From positions 160,001-224,000 of the forward strand of contig CAWDKY010000016.1 of assembly GCA_963802945.1 (NCBI GenBank): a DNA stretch of 64,000 bases, read 5' to 3'. The notes under the pieces are model-generated. The model searched no databases and had not been told where the DNA came from. It saw only the letters and a list, made by a program, of their open reading frames with translations. Positions 42,295 through 51,316 of this stretch are shown in pieces (position 1 is the stretch's first letter; each line of letters starts with the position of its first letter). Origin of the DNA: an uncultured delta proteobacterium. Lineage in GTDB: Bacteria; Desulfobacterota; RBG-13-43-22. Made by a program: the position numbers and the translations under genes.

Positions 42295-43278
42295 ATGCAA
42301 AAATCTGTTCGTCATCCCAAAGAAATTATCCTGAGAGCCCTGACCCAAAGCGATTTTATTTCTGGAGAGGTCTTGGCCAAAAAATTAGGAATGACCCGCC
42401 CGGCTGTCTGGAAATATATAACCCAACTCAAAGAGGAGGGTTTTAGTATTGAATCCCTTCAGGGTAAAGGTTATCGTCTTAAGGCCGTCCCGGACATCTT
42501 ATATCCTGACCTGATTCGTCGGGAGATCAATACCCGTATATTCGGGCAAAAGATTTATCATTTTCTGCGCACCGATTCCACCAATCTTCAGGCCAGGGCT
42601 CTGGCCGCTAAAGGGGCTTTGGAAGGTACCCTTGTGGTGGCTGAATATCAGGAAAAGGGGAAAGGCCGTTTGAACCGCCTCTGGCAGTCTCCTTCTGGCA
42701 AAAATCTCCTTTTTTCTCTGATCCTCCGGCCGGAATGGCCGCCCCAACAGGCCTTTTACGGGACCGTCCTGGCTTCGGTTTCTCTTTGTCGGGTCATCCA
42801 GGAAGTTGCCGGGATCGAAGTGGGCATTAAATGGCCCAATGACATTTATGCCGGAGAAAAAAAAATGGCCGGGATCCTGACTGAATTTGCCACCGATCCG
42901 GATTGCATCGAATATATGATTGTCGGGATCGGGATCAATTGTAACTGGGGTCCGCCCAAACCACCTCCTGGAGGCCAGCCGGCCACAAGCCTTCTTAAAG
43001 AGACCGGCCATAAGATTTCCCGCCTCAAGCTTTTGACCCGCTTTTTGACTCTGGCAGAATCCCTCTACGGAAAGACTAAAATCGAAGGAGTCGGTTGCTT
43101 ACGGAAAGAGTGGGACCGGTATTCTTTGGTGAATGATCGGCGGGTCACGATTTCCAACAACCAAAATACCTGGTCCGGTATAGCTCGGGGTATTGACGAG
43201 CATGGGGCCCTGATCCTTTGTCTCGACAACAACCGAGAGGAAAAATTTCTGACCGGTGATGTGCATTTGAGGTTTTGA
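42295..43278 (+). CDS. birA: Bifunctional biotin repressor / biotin--ACC ligase
   Basis: N-terminal HTH (SGE.LA..LG.TR.AVWK), DSTN, GKGRLNR, KWPND and GDV motifs. Confidence 0.95.
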   Translation: MQKSVRHPKEIILRALTQSDFISGEVLAKKLGMTRPAVWKYITQLKEEGFSIESLQGKGYRLKAVPDILYPDLIRREINTRIFGQKIYHFLRTDSTNLQARALAAKGALEGTLVVAEYQEKGKGRLNRLWQSPSGKNLLFSLILRPEWPPQQAFYGTVLASVSLCRVIQEVAGIEVGIKWPNDIYAGEKKMAGILTEFATDPDCIEYMIVGIGINCNWGPPKPPPGGQPATSLLKETGHKISRLKLLTRFLTLAESLYGKTKIEGVGCLRKEWDRYSLVNDRRVTISNNQNTWSGIARGIDEHGALILCLDNNREEKFLTGDVHLRF

Positions 43279-43291
43279 AAATGAGTTACAA

Positions 43292-43383
43292 GAATCTGGA
43301 ATCCAGGAGTCAGAATTCAGTATAAAATTTCTTCTTTCTTTTATTGTTTTCATTCTGAATTCTGACTCCTGGATTCCAGATTC
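43292..43383 (+). repeat. Heptamer tandem-repeat hairpin with perfect 29-bp arms
   Basis: GAATCTGGAATCCAGGAGTCAGAATTCAG (43292-43320) and its exact reverse complement (43355-43383); 34-nt AT-rich loop. Confidence 0.9.
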
Positions 43384-43407
43384 ATAAATTCTTCTACGGA
43401 GGCTCTT

Positions 43408-43929
43408 ATGAAAATGAGGAAAAACAAGTCAGCCCCGTTGGTTGGGATCGTCATGGGCAGTGATTCCGATCTGCCGGTCATGGAAGGTGCGGCGAAGGTA
43501 TTGAGGGAATTTAACATCCCTTATGAGTTGATGGTCTCCTCGGCCCATCGCTCCCCCAAGAAGACCGCCGAATTTGCTCGAAAGGCTGCGGAACGCGGTT
43601 TCAAGGTAATCATCGCCGGGGCCGGAGCGGCGGCCCATCTGGCCGGCGTCCTGGCGGCGGAGACCACCCTGCCGGTTATCGGAGTGCCTATCGACTCTTC
43701 TTCTTTAAAAGGTTTAGATTCTCTTTTGGCCGTGGTTCAAATGCCCTCGGGCATCCCTGTGGCCACTATGGCCATCGGGGCCGCCGGGGCCAAAAATGCC
43801 GCCATCCTGGCCGCTCAGATCTTGGCTTTGAACTCCCCCTCTCTGGCCTCGGCCTTGAAAACCTACAAACAGAAACTGGAAACCGAGGTTTGGGAAAAAC
43901 ACAAAAAGATACACACCATCTGGCCATAA
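43408..43929 (+). CDS. purE: N5-carboxyaminoimidazole ribonucleotide mutase
   Basis: MGSDSD, SAHRSP, AGAAAHL and QMPSGIPVAT motifs. Confidence 0.97.
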   Translation: MKMRKNKSAPLVGIVMGSDSDLPVMEGAAKVLREFNIPYELMVSSAHRSPKKTAEFARKAAERGFKVIIAGAGAAAHLAGVLAAETTLPVIGVPIDSSSLKGLDSLLAVVQMPSGIPVATMAIGAAGAKNAAILAAQILALNSPSLASALKTYKQKLETEVWEKHKKIHTIWP

Positions 43930-43939
43930 AATCGGGCAG

Positions 43940-44032
43940 AAGGCGCAAGGTATACGGTATAAGGTTTTAACCCTGAACCTTACACATTGAACCTTGGACC
44001 TTTTGGGGCCCCTTGGCTCCTTGAATCTTTGA
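43940..44032 (+). repeat. Heptamer tandem-repeat hairpin (AAGGTNN family) plus CCTTG-type units
   Basis: AAGGCGC AAGGTAT ACGGTAT AAGGTT ... AACCCTG AACCTTA CACATTG AACCTTG. Confidence 0.75.
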
Positions 44033-44041
44033 GGATTTCTT

Positions 44042-45295
44042 ATGAAAATCATCGCCGACTTTCACGTCCATTCGGCCTACAGCCGGGCCACCAGCAAAGA
44101 GATGCATTTGCGGACCATGGCCCAGTGGGCCGGTCTGAAAGGGATTCATCTGCTGGGCAGCGGTGATTTCACCCATCCCGCTTACTTTGAAGAGATCAAA
44201 ACCGATCTGGAGGAAACCGGTCATGGCCTCCTGAAATTAAAGGAAGGAGACGCTTCTGCAATCCAATTTATTTTGACTGCGGAAACCAGTCACATCTATA
44301 CTCAGGCAGGCAAAGGCCGACGGGTGCACATGATGATCTTTGCCCCGGCGATCCGCTCGGTGGAAAAAATCAATCTTCACCTGGGCCGCATAGGCAATGT
44401 CAAATCCGACGGCCGTCCCATATTCGGGTTTTCCGCCAAAGACCTGGTGAAAATAGTCCTGGATATTGATCCCGAATGCCTGGTTGTTCCGGCCCATGCC
44501 TGGACCCCCTGGTTCTCGGTCTTTGGCTCTCATTCCGGTTTTGACAGTCTGGAAGAATGCTTTGAAGAAGAAACACCCAATATTTATGCCCTTGAAACCG
44601 GCCTTTCATCCGACCCGGCCATGAACTGGCGCTGGTCGGCCTTGGACCGGCTCAGCCTGATCTCCAATTCCGATGCCCATTCCCCGGCCAAGATCGGACG
44701 AGAGGCCAATATCTTTGACTGCCCGCTGTCCTTTAAGGATATTATTCAAACCATCAAGGCAAAAGATCCAAAACGGTTTTTGGCCACCATCGAGTTTTTT
44801 CCGGAAGAAGGTAAATATCACTTTGACGGCCATCGGAGTTGCGGGATCTGTTATTCCCCAGGACAAACCCGTGAGAAGGATTATCTCTGCCCGGTCTGTG
44901 GGAAAAATCTGGTGGTGGGGGTCATGCACCGGGTGGAAGCCTTGGCCGACCGGCCGCCAGGGTTTGTACCTGAAGGGGCTATTCCGGCCTTCCACCTGGT
45001 CCCTTTGGAAGAGATCCTGGGCGAGGTTTTTGAGGTCGGGGTCCAGTCCCGACGGATTCGAAAGGAATATCTTCGCCTGATTGAGCGAGGCGGTTCCGAG
45101 TTTCGTATCTTATTGGATCTTTCTGAAGAAGAACTGCGGTCTTTCTTGGACGACCGCCTGGCCGATGCAATCTTAAGGGTTCGCCAGGGCCTGGTTCAAG
45201 TCAAGCCCGGCTATGACGGGGTTTATGGGCAGGTAAAGATATTCAGGAACGAGGCCCCTGCCTCCAAACCTTCCTCTCAACTCAATCTTTTTTAG
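44042..45295 (+). CDS. Endonuclease Q family protein (PHP domain + zinc finger)
   Basis: DFHVHSAYSRATS, GDFTHP, PAHAWTPW, SNSDAHS, GKYHFDGHRSC, CPVCG and PGYDG.YG motifs. Confidence 0.92.
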   Translation: MKIIADFHVHSAYSRATSKEMHLRTMAQWAGLKGIHLLGSGDFTHPAYFEEIKTDLEETGHGLLKLKEGDASAIQFILTAETSHIYTQAGKGRRVHMMIFAPAIRSVEKINLHLGRIGNVKSDGRPIFGFSAKDLVKIVLDIDPECLVVPAHAWTPWFSVFGSHSGFDSLEECFEEETPNIYALETGLSSDPAMNWRWSALDRLSLISNSDAHSPAKIGREANIFDCPLSFKDIIQTIKAKDPKRFLATIEFFPEEGKYHFDGHRSCGICYSPGQTREKDYLCPVCGKNLVVGVMHRVEALADRPPGFVPEGAIPAFHLVPLEEILGEVFEVGVQSRRIRKEYLRLIERGGSEFRILLDLSEEELRSFLDDRLADAILRVRQGLVQVKPGYDGVYGQVKIFRNEAPASKPSSQLNLF

Positions 45296-45318
45296 CCGCC
45301 TTTAATAAATTTTTGTCG

Positions 45319-45404
45319 CCGAACTCCGAACTCTGAACCCCGAACTTTTTCATATGGTTCGCCTTTGGTTCTCTCTCCGAACTCCGAACTCAAAACTCCG
45401 AACT
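45319..45404 (+). repeat. Two tandem arrays of the CCGAACT heptamer
   Basis: CCGAACT CCGAACT CTGAACC CCGAACT and CCGAACT CCGAACT CAAAACT CCGAACT. Confidence 0.8.
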
Positions 45405-45475
45405 TTTTTGGCTTCCGGCAAAAAATCCTTGACTTCCTCCCTTTTTCCCTTTATTTTCTTGGCATTATCTTTACA
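45404..45475 (+). repeat. Spacer repeat A, copy 1 (copy 2 at about 49085-49155)
   Basis: TTTTTTGGCTTCCGGCAAAAAATCCTTGACTTCCTCCCTTTTTCCCTTTATTTTC versus TTTTTTGCCTCCAGCAAAAAAACCTTGACTTCCCCCCTTTTCCCTTATTTTC. Confidence 0.75.
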
Positions 45476-45549
45476 GTTTTAGGGTTAACTTGCATATTTT
45501 TCTCCGAACGACGAACACCGAATGTCTTTTAATCTGAAGGAGGTTTCAG

Positions 45550-45762
45550 ATGAAAAATAAAACTTTCACTGCTGTGCTCCATAAAGAAGATGAGTTGTAT
45601 GTTGCTGAATGCCCTGAAGTGGGTACAGTTAGTCAAGGGTATACGATTGAAGAAGCCATAGCCAATCTGAAGGAAGCAACTGAATTATATTTAGAAGAAC
45701 TTCCTGTTAAGGAACTCTCAAAGTCGCTTATGACCACTTTTGAGGCAGCAGTCAATGCCTAA
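45550..45762 (+). CDS. hicB: HicB family antitoxin (short form)
   Basis: YVAECPEVGTVSQGYTIEEAIANLKEATELYLE; AAGGAGG RBS. Confidence 0.9.
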   Translation: MKNKTFTAVLHKEDELYVAECPEVGTVSQGYTIEEAIANLKEATELYLEELPVKELSKSLMTTFEAAVNA

Positions 45763-45978
45763 ACTCACCAGGCTTTCCGGTGAAGAAACCATTAACAGAT
45801 TAGAAAAATTAGGTTTCTAGTGGGTTCGCCAACGCGGAGCCATGTTATACTCAAGAAACAAACCTCAAAAGGAGACATCGGGTGTGTTGTTCCCCTGCAT
45901 AAAGAATTGGCCATTGGTACATTACTCGGAATCCTTAAGCAGGCAAAGTTGAGCGTTGAAGAATTTCTTGACACATGA
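45755..45978 (+). pseudogene. hicA: HicA family toxin with premature TAG and frameshift
   Basis: MPKLTRLSGEETINRLEKLGF*WVRQR/SHVILKK...VVPLHKELAIGTLLGILKQAKLSVEEFL. Confidence 0.85.
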
Positions 45979-46002
45979 AATCTCAAATGTGTTTTCAGCC
46001 TT

Positions 46003-46200
46003 AAGTTTCTTTTTTTTCGACGAACGATCCGGCTCCCGTATGGGAGCCTCTCTGGAGCCCGGCAAAGCCGGGCGGAACGAACGCTGAACATCGGACGTCT
46101 TTTAAACCCTTTCACCCGTATTTTGTGAAGTTAACATTTCCCTGCTTGTTAATATATGTTTCCGGCCCTGATTGCCGGTTGAAGTGATAGCGGAACAAAC
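46003..46200 (+). repeat. Spacer repeat B, copy 1 (copy 2 at about 49172-49315)
   Basis: Shared blocks AAGTTTCTTTTTTT(T)CGACGA, ACGAACGCTGAAC, AAACCCTTTCACC, TTGTGAAGTTAACATTTC and GCCGGTTGAAGTGRTAGCGGA. Confidence 0.75.
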
Positions 46201-46357
46201 ATTTCTTTTTTCGAACGAATAAGTCTCAAAACTTTTTCTCGCCGCCATAATTCACCAATTTAAAGGGTACTCATTCCTTACCGTTCGGCCACATAAAACG
46301 TTTCCTCCTTTTGCCACTCTAAACAAATCAAGATCGGTAAGCCTGGTTTTAAGTGAA

Positions 46358-46382
46358 TACTATAGTCTGTAGACATATAATC
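46358..46382 (+). promoter_or_regulatory. C-box operator of an RM controller protein
   Basis: TACTATAGTC-TGTA-GACATATAATC fits the GACT..AGTC-TGTA-GACT..AGTC layout of PvuII/BamHI-type C boxes and lies upstream of the C gene. Confidence 0.75.
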
Positions 46383-46437
46383 TGCAAAAATTTAACATTC
46401 AACAGAATAACAATTTACACTTACAAGGAGGGTTCCC

Positions 46438-46701
46438 TTGACTCTGGAAAATATATTCGGCCAGGTCCTTAAAAAAATCCGTTTGGAAAAAGGCCTTTCG
46501 CAAGAGCAGCTTGCCGATGAGAGCGGTTACCATCGGACATATGTAAGTCTTCTTGAACGTGGCCAAAAAAATCCAACCCTTAGAACGATCTTTCAATTAT
46601 CCAAATCACTCAAGATCAATCCCTCGGATCTTCTTCAACACATTGAAATTCAAGCCAAGAAATCGCTGAAAGACGATTATTTGGAAAGGAGACGTGACTG
46701 A
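46438..46701 (+). CDS. XRE-family HTH, RM controller (C) protein
   Basis: LSQEQLADESGYHRTYVSLLERGQKNPTL; coupled to the endonuclease gene. Confidence 0.88.
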   Translation: MTLENIFGQVLKKIRLEKGLSQEQLADESGYHRTYVSLLERGQKNPTLRTIFQLSKSLKINPSDLLQHIEIQAKKSLKDDYLERRRD

Positions 46702-47306
46702 TGAAAATTATACAAGTGGAGCGACTTATTGACGCCGGAGGATTCTCGGCTACAAAAGAATGGAAGACGATTGAAGGGCAAATCTTACAAGCAATTAAGA
46801 CCATCCGATGGCCACTCGATTCCGACTCTTTTACTCTATATGATCAACCAGGAAAAGGCAGAGGGGAAGGAAATGGGGTTAAGCCGATAAAGGATGCCTG
46901 TATGCTTCATCTGAAATCTTTGGGTTGGGGCTTGAAACACATGTTGATATTGCCACTTTGAAAAAACCAGGGCCGATGGATGCAACCTATCCTGTTGGAA
47001 ATCGACTTTTTTGTGTTGAATGGGAGACCGGGAATATATCCTCCAGCCACCGAGCAATCAATAAGATGGCTCTTGGGATTATTAAAAAGGTCCTCATAGG
47101 TGGCTTATTGATCCTCCCAACAAGGAACATGTACAAATACCTCACTGATCGGATAGGAAATTTCCCTGATCGGGACCCTTATTTTCCTCTTTCCAAGGCT
47201 TTGAAAGTGGAAGAAGGTTTTCTTGCTGTTATTGCGATTGAACATGATGCAGTTAGCCTGTCCGTCCCGAATCCCTAAGGGAACCGACGGTAGGGCCATG
47301 CGGTAA
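46701..47306 (+). pseudogene. BamHI-like type II restriction endonuclease, frameshifted
   Basis: NGVKPIKD, GPMD, EWETGNISSSHRAINK, YLTDRIGNF and IPKGTDG parallel BamHI motifs; frameshifts near 46930 and 47270. Confidence 0.85.
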
Positions 47307-47310
47307 ATGG

Positions 47311-48702
47311 CTATCGTCGTTTTAACATGACGATAAATTCAGTTCTCATGGTATTTGCCATGCCGGTAATTTGCCGGCTAATTTTTCGGATAAGGTGAAG
47401 TCCATGAGGGGCTCCAAGTTCAATAAACAGTTCGTCAATCCCTTGAACATTATCAGGGGCTACTTCCCAAAATTTTACTTAATTGGTTATTATTGGTACC
47501 AACCACAATCGTACAGATTCGACCGGGACGTAACACCCGGCTACATTCGGAAAGGATTTTTTCCATATCTACTTTATAAAAATCAAATTTCTAGCGAAGC
47601 GCTCTTCCTCGAAGACCGACCATTTCTTCCCCTTAACTTCGATGTCTACCCCAAAAAGCCTAAATGGAAAGAGTCATTCTCCAAATAATCTATTGCAAAG
47701 CTATAGGGGGGGGGAAAATAATATGCCGTCTATACTTGAATCCGGCAGCTTTAACGATCGGGCATCTCCCAAGCCAGGTTTCGCTTCTGCCAGTTCGCCT
47801 TCAACTCCAACCAAAACCTTCTGGATCTTTTCGGACACAAAAAGTATCGTTCTAGGATGGCCTTGAATTGATCATATGGGGACTTCCGGTTACTTCTTTC
47901 TGAATAGCCGGCGCTGTCCAAGTAAGCCAACAGCAGAAAATTATAGACTTCTTTAGCCTCACACCCTTCAGGTAGCTTATTATCCCCTACCGGAACAGGC
48001 ACATAGTCAGCCATGGGTTCCATAAGGGAAAACAACTCTCCATAGGCTGGTTCAACGCGCATCTTTTTCCCTTGTTTCGGTTGCCCCCAGCCAAGGCTTT
48101 AAAATGTTCGAACACTTCCCGAGATTTTTTCAAGGCCGCCCGGATTGGGGGTAGAGGAACAGTGAGACCGTCTATTTTCGCTTGGACCATAAACCGGCAA
48201 AATGGGCTGGCATCAATACCAACCGACTTAATTCCCATCAATCGCGCTTCAATTAGAACGGTCCCCGAACCCATCATGGGATCGAGAATAGTATCTCCCG
48301 GTTTTAGTCCCATTATATTGATTAGCCCTTTAATCATTTGCGGGTGGAACTTTCCACGGTAAGGGAATAAACCATGGGTTCCATATCCGGTCTTAAACTG
48401 GTTAGTTTAGAAAAAGGAGCGCAACCTTGATGATGAATGCTGTGGCAATTGAACCGGTTCTCCGCTGCACATTAGAAAATGACGGGTAAACTTATTATCA
48501 ACACTGGCAAATACGCCCCATTTCTTATAATTTCCTCATCGTTAAGAAGCTGACTTTCATAAAAAGCCAACTGGAGTTCATAAACCTCACTCAGTTGGGG
48601 AACTAGTTCAAGGTGTTTGGGAAATAAATGATGGTACATGTTGGATGATAAGACTTCGGCAATATCCTGGCCTGACTTATTCCTATTTTGTGAAATCCTC
48701 AT
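47311..48702 (-). pseudogene. Amino (probably N4-C) DNA methyltransferase with several frameshifts and at least one stop
   Basis: THGLFPYRGKFHPQM, ILDPMMGSGT (motif I), then GDARSL and DGILFSPPY (motif IV), C-terminal MRTEFIVMLKRR. Confidence 0.8.
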
Positions 48703-48718
48703 TTAAAAGTCCTTTGAA

Positions 48719-48920
48719 TTATTTATTTTTTTTCTTTAAGTTGATGTCGGCCGCTGGCCGTTGCGCTTTCACCCATAAATCAATTTCATCCCGATCAAAC
48801 CGCCATTGATTACGTACCTTTGAACCGGGGAATATCTCTTTTTTGTGCCATGTCATAGATTTTATCATCACTCATTTGCAAATATTCAGCTATCTGCTTT
48901 ACAGTCATCCACTTAGGCAT
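48719..48920 (-). pseudogene. Excisionase-like HTH DNA-binding protein, one frameshift
   Basis: MPKWMTVKQIAEYLQMSDDKIYDMAQKRDIP/..KVRNQWRFDRDEIDLWVK; GGAG RBS. Confidence 0.75.
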
Positions 48921-49084
48921 TGCATTATCTCCCTAAGTTTTTCATGTCCTAAAAAAACATATTATTTCATAAAATAACCTAAAATATCGGAAGTTAAAAA
49001 TAAGGAATATTTTCCAAAATAGATAGGTTGTCCCTCCTAGTCTTTATTTACCCCAAGATGAAATTCTGAGCAAAAACTTCAAAC

Positions 49085-49315
49085 TTTTTTGCCTCCAGCA
49101 AAAAAACCTTGACTTCCCCCCTTTTCCCTTATTTTCATAACATTACCTTTGGTCTTTCAACTTTGAGGTTCAAGTTTCTTTTTTTCGACGACGACGAACG
49201 CTGAACGTCGAACGTCCTTTAAAACCCTTTCACCTATATTTGTGAAGTTAACATTTCTTGCTTTTTGAAGAAAGTTCCCGACTACATGGCCGGTTGAAGT
49301 GGTAGCGGAGCAAAT
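49085..49315 (+). repeat. Spacer repeats A+B, copy 2, adjacent to each other
   Basis: Imperfect direct repeat of 45404-45475 followed about 20 nt later by a repeat of 46003-46200. Confidence 0.75.
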
Positions 49316-49493
49316 AGTCTTTAATTCTGGGGACATAATACTAATTTATTAAAGTTAGGGCGGTGCAGAAAGTGGAAATATTGGGGACGGTTCCCTTTAT
49401 TTTCTTATAGGCTGGATTTAAGAGCAGGAAAAAATTTCCAGAAATGATGCTCCTACCGAAAACCTCTCCTCGCAACTCACTTTTTTAACCGAC

Positions 49494-49625
49494 TTATTCA
49501 CCAGGGCGTTTCTCGGCCCGCGCACTCCCTGGCGATCTGTCCAAAGGCCAGGGCTTCGGGCAGGTTACTCCCCCCCTGATAGAGATGACCCGAAAAACGA
49601 ACCCAACTCACCCGATGGTATGGAG
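49494..49625 (-). pseudogene. 3'-end relic of an FAD-dependent oxidoreductase (FAD_binding_2 type), copy 2
   Basis: GELGSFFG/HLYQGGSNLPEALAFGQIARE; about 75 bp nearly identical to 51115-51190. Confidence 0.7.
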
Positions 49626-49640
49626 GGGGGCAAATATTTC

Positions 49641-49669
49641 TTGACATCTGATGCAATAATAAATATCAT
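49641..49669 (+). promoter_or_regulatory. Sigma70-like promoter of vapBC
   Basis: TTGACA-17 nt-TATCAT, 9 nt before the ATG. Confidence 0.55.
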
Positions 49670-49678
49670 CTACTCATC

Positions 49679-49918
49679 ATGGCACGGACAACCGTTGATA
49701 TAGAAACTCCTATTCTAAAGGAAATCAAGGACCTCCAAAAAAAAGAAGGACGATCCTTGGGCCAAATCATCTCCCGGCTTCTGGCGGAGGCCTTGGGGTC
49801 CAGAAAAGCGGCAATCAAAGCCCCACCATTAAAATGGACCTCACGTCCCATGAAGGCCCTTGTAGACCTTTCCGACAAAAACACCATTTATCGGATTTTG
49901 GATAGGAGCGAGCCTTGA
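49679..49918 (+). CDS. VapB-type antitoxin (RHH)
   Basis: MARTTVDIE...GRSLGQIISRLL, VDLSDK; overlaps the PIN toxin start. Confidence 0.8.
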   Translation: MARTTVDIETPILKEIKDLQKKEGRSLGQIISRLLAEALGSRKAAIKAPPLKWTSRPMKALVDLSDKNTIYRILDRSEP

Positions 49919-50348
49919 GTTATTCGGTGGATGTAAATATTCTGCTCTATGCCTCGGACCAACAAAATCCGCATTATCCCCAGCGATTAAATTTCTTGAA
50001 AGCCGGGGGAAAGATCCGGAGCTTTTTTGTGTCGCCTGGTCAACCTTGATGGCTTATCTGAGAATATCCACTCATCCGAGTATCTTTGCTCATCCTTTGT
50101 TACCCGACGAAGCTTTGGGTAATATCGAAAAACTATTATTATTACCTCGGGTGCGTATTGTAACCAAGCAGGAAGGAATCTTAACCATCTATAAAAATGT
50201 GACTTCACGACTTCCTGTAAGGGGAAATCTTGTACCTGATGCTCACTTGGCCGCTTTATTACTACAACACGGAGTTCAAACTATATATACCTCGGACATG
50301 GATTTTCGGAAATTCGTTTTTCTTAAGATTCGTAATCCCCTTTTATAA
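49915..50348 (+). pseudogene. VapC PIN-domain toxin, one frameshift
   Basis: MSYSVDVNILLYASD, then shifted frame AYLRISTHP...GNLVPDAHLAALL...TSDMDFRKF. Confidence 0.8.
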
Positions 50349-50489
50349 ATTTTCATCCCCTAATACTAATAAAGGGGATGGTTCTAATTATTTATTGTTT
50401 CGCCTTAAAGAGAACCATCCCCTTTACCTTAGGTGCTCGCCAAACCGCACCCCCCCAATGAGCATTGCGTTAGCCCGTTGAAAAATAGC

Positions 50490-50519
50490 TTGACATGTGC
50501 ATACACATGTACATATACT
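50490..50519 (+). promoter_or_regulatory. brnTA promoter with palindromic operator
   Basis: TTGACA-18 nt-TATACT overlapping the perfect inverted repeat ACATGTG-CATA-CACATGT; ATG 6 nt downstream, probably leaderless. Confidence 0.7.
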
Positions 50520-50525
50520 TTTAAT

Positions 50526-50792
50526 ATGTTCAAGTGGGACCCGAACAAAGACCGACTGAACCAGAGGAAGCACGGAGTGGGTTTCGCGGATACCTTTGCC
50601 GTATTCGAGGCCCCGAAGGCTCTCACCATGGAGGACAACGAACACGGAGAAGACCGCCATGTGACCATGGGAATGGATTGCTTGGGCAGGATTCTTGTCG
50701 TGGTTTATAGGTGGCGTGAAGAAAACATCCGAATCATATCAGCGAGGAAAGCAACACGATCAGAGGTAAAAGGGTATGAAACTCAATTATGA
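50526..50792 (+). CDS. brnT: BrnT family toxin
   Basis: FKWDPNK...NQRKHGV.F, EDR...G and IRIISARKAT motifs. Confidence 0.9.
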   Translation: MFKWDPNKDRLNQRKHGVGFADTFAVFEAPKALTMEDNEHGEDRHVTMGMDCLGRILVVVYRWREENIRIISARKATRSEVKGYETQL

Positions 50793-51030
50793 TTTTAGTA
50801 AGGCTCGGCGGGGAGCAGTGATTCCTCCCTCGGGCAACAAAGTCAGGATTACCATTCGACTGGACAAGGATATTGTAGAGTGGTTCAAGGTGCGGGTGGA
50901 AGAATCGGGGGGGGGGAACTATCAGACCCTCATTAACAATGCCCTCCATGAGTACATCACGAATCGGAATGAGACTATCGAAAAGGTCCTTCGACGAGTT
51001 GTCCGCGAGGAGTTGCATGCTGTCCGTTAA
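50776..51030 (+). CDS. brnA: BrnA family antitoxin
   Basis: YDFSKARRG, ITIRLDKDIVEWFK and YQTLINNAL motifs. Confidence 0.9.
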   Translation: MKLNYDFSKARRGAVIPPSGNKVRITIRLDKDIVEWFKVRVEESGGGNYQTLINNALHEYITNRNETIEKVLRRVVREELHAVR

Positions 51031-51111
51031 GGTAAGGGCGAACCAAGGCATGCGCACCGGGGTCACCTATTAAAAGGCCACGGTTAAGAATAACCTCTCC
51101 TAACTCATTCT

Positions 51112-51308
51112 TTAGGCCAAGGCTTCGGCCAGGTTGCTCCCCCCCCTGATAGAGATGTCCGAAAAACGAACCCAACTCGCCCGGTGTGTAGAGCCTGGGG
51201 ATCGGGTTTCCCATCAAGGTTAAGGGTCTGGGCAAACTTGTTGTGTCTGGGACCCCCCTGAGTGTTCACAATAGCCAGACAGAGCTCGGCCGCATAAAAA
51301 GGTGGTGT
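51112..51308 (-). pseudogene. C-terminal relic of an FAD-dependent oxidoreductase, copy 1
   Basis: PPFYAAELCLAIVNTQGGPRHNKFAQTLNLDGKP/IPRLYTPGELGSFFGHLYQGG/SNLAEALA*. Confidence 0.75.
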
Positions 51309-51316
51309 CAGGTCAG

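Noticed and set aside
49323-49405. GGGGAC-containing motifs as ends of a RAYT/IS200-like element
   Set aside because: Two short motifs only, with no transposase or clear partner end; too weak to call.
45300-51310. Prophage or complete integrative element
   Set aside because: No integrase, replication, conjugation or structural genes; only an excisionase-like HTH relic.
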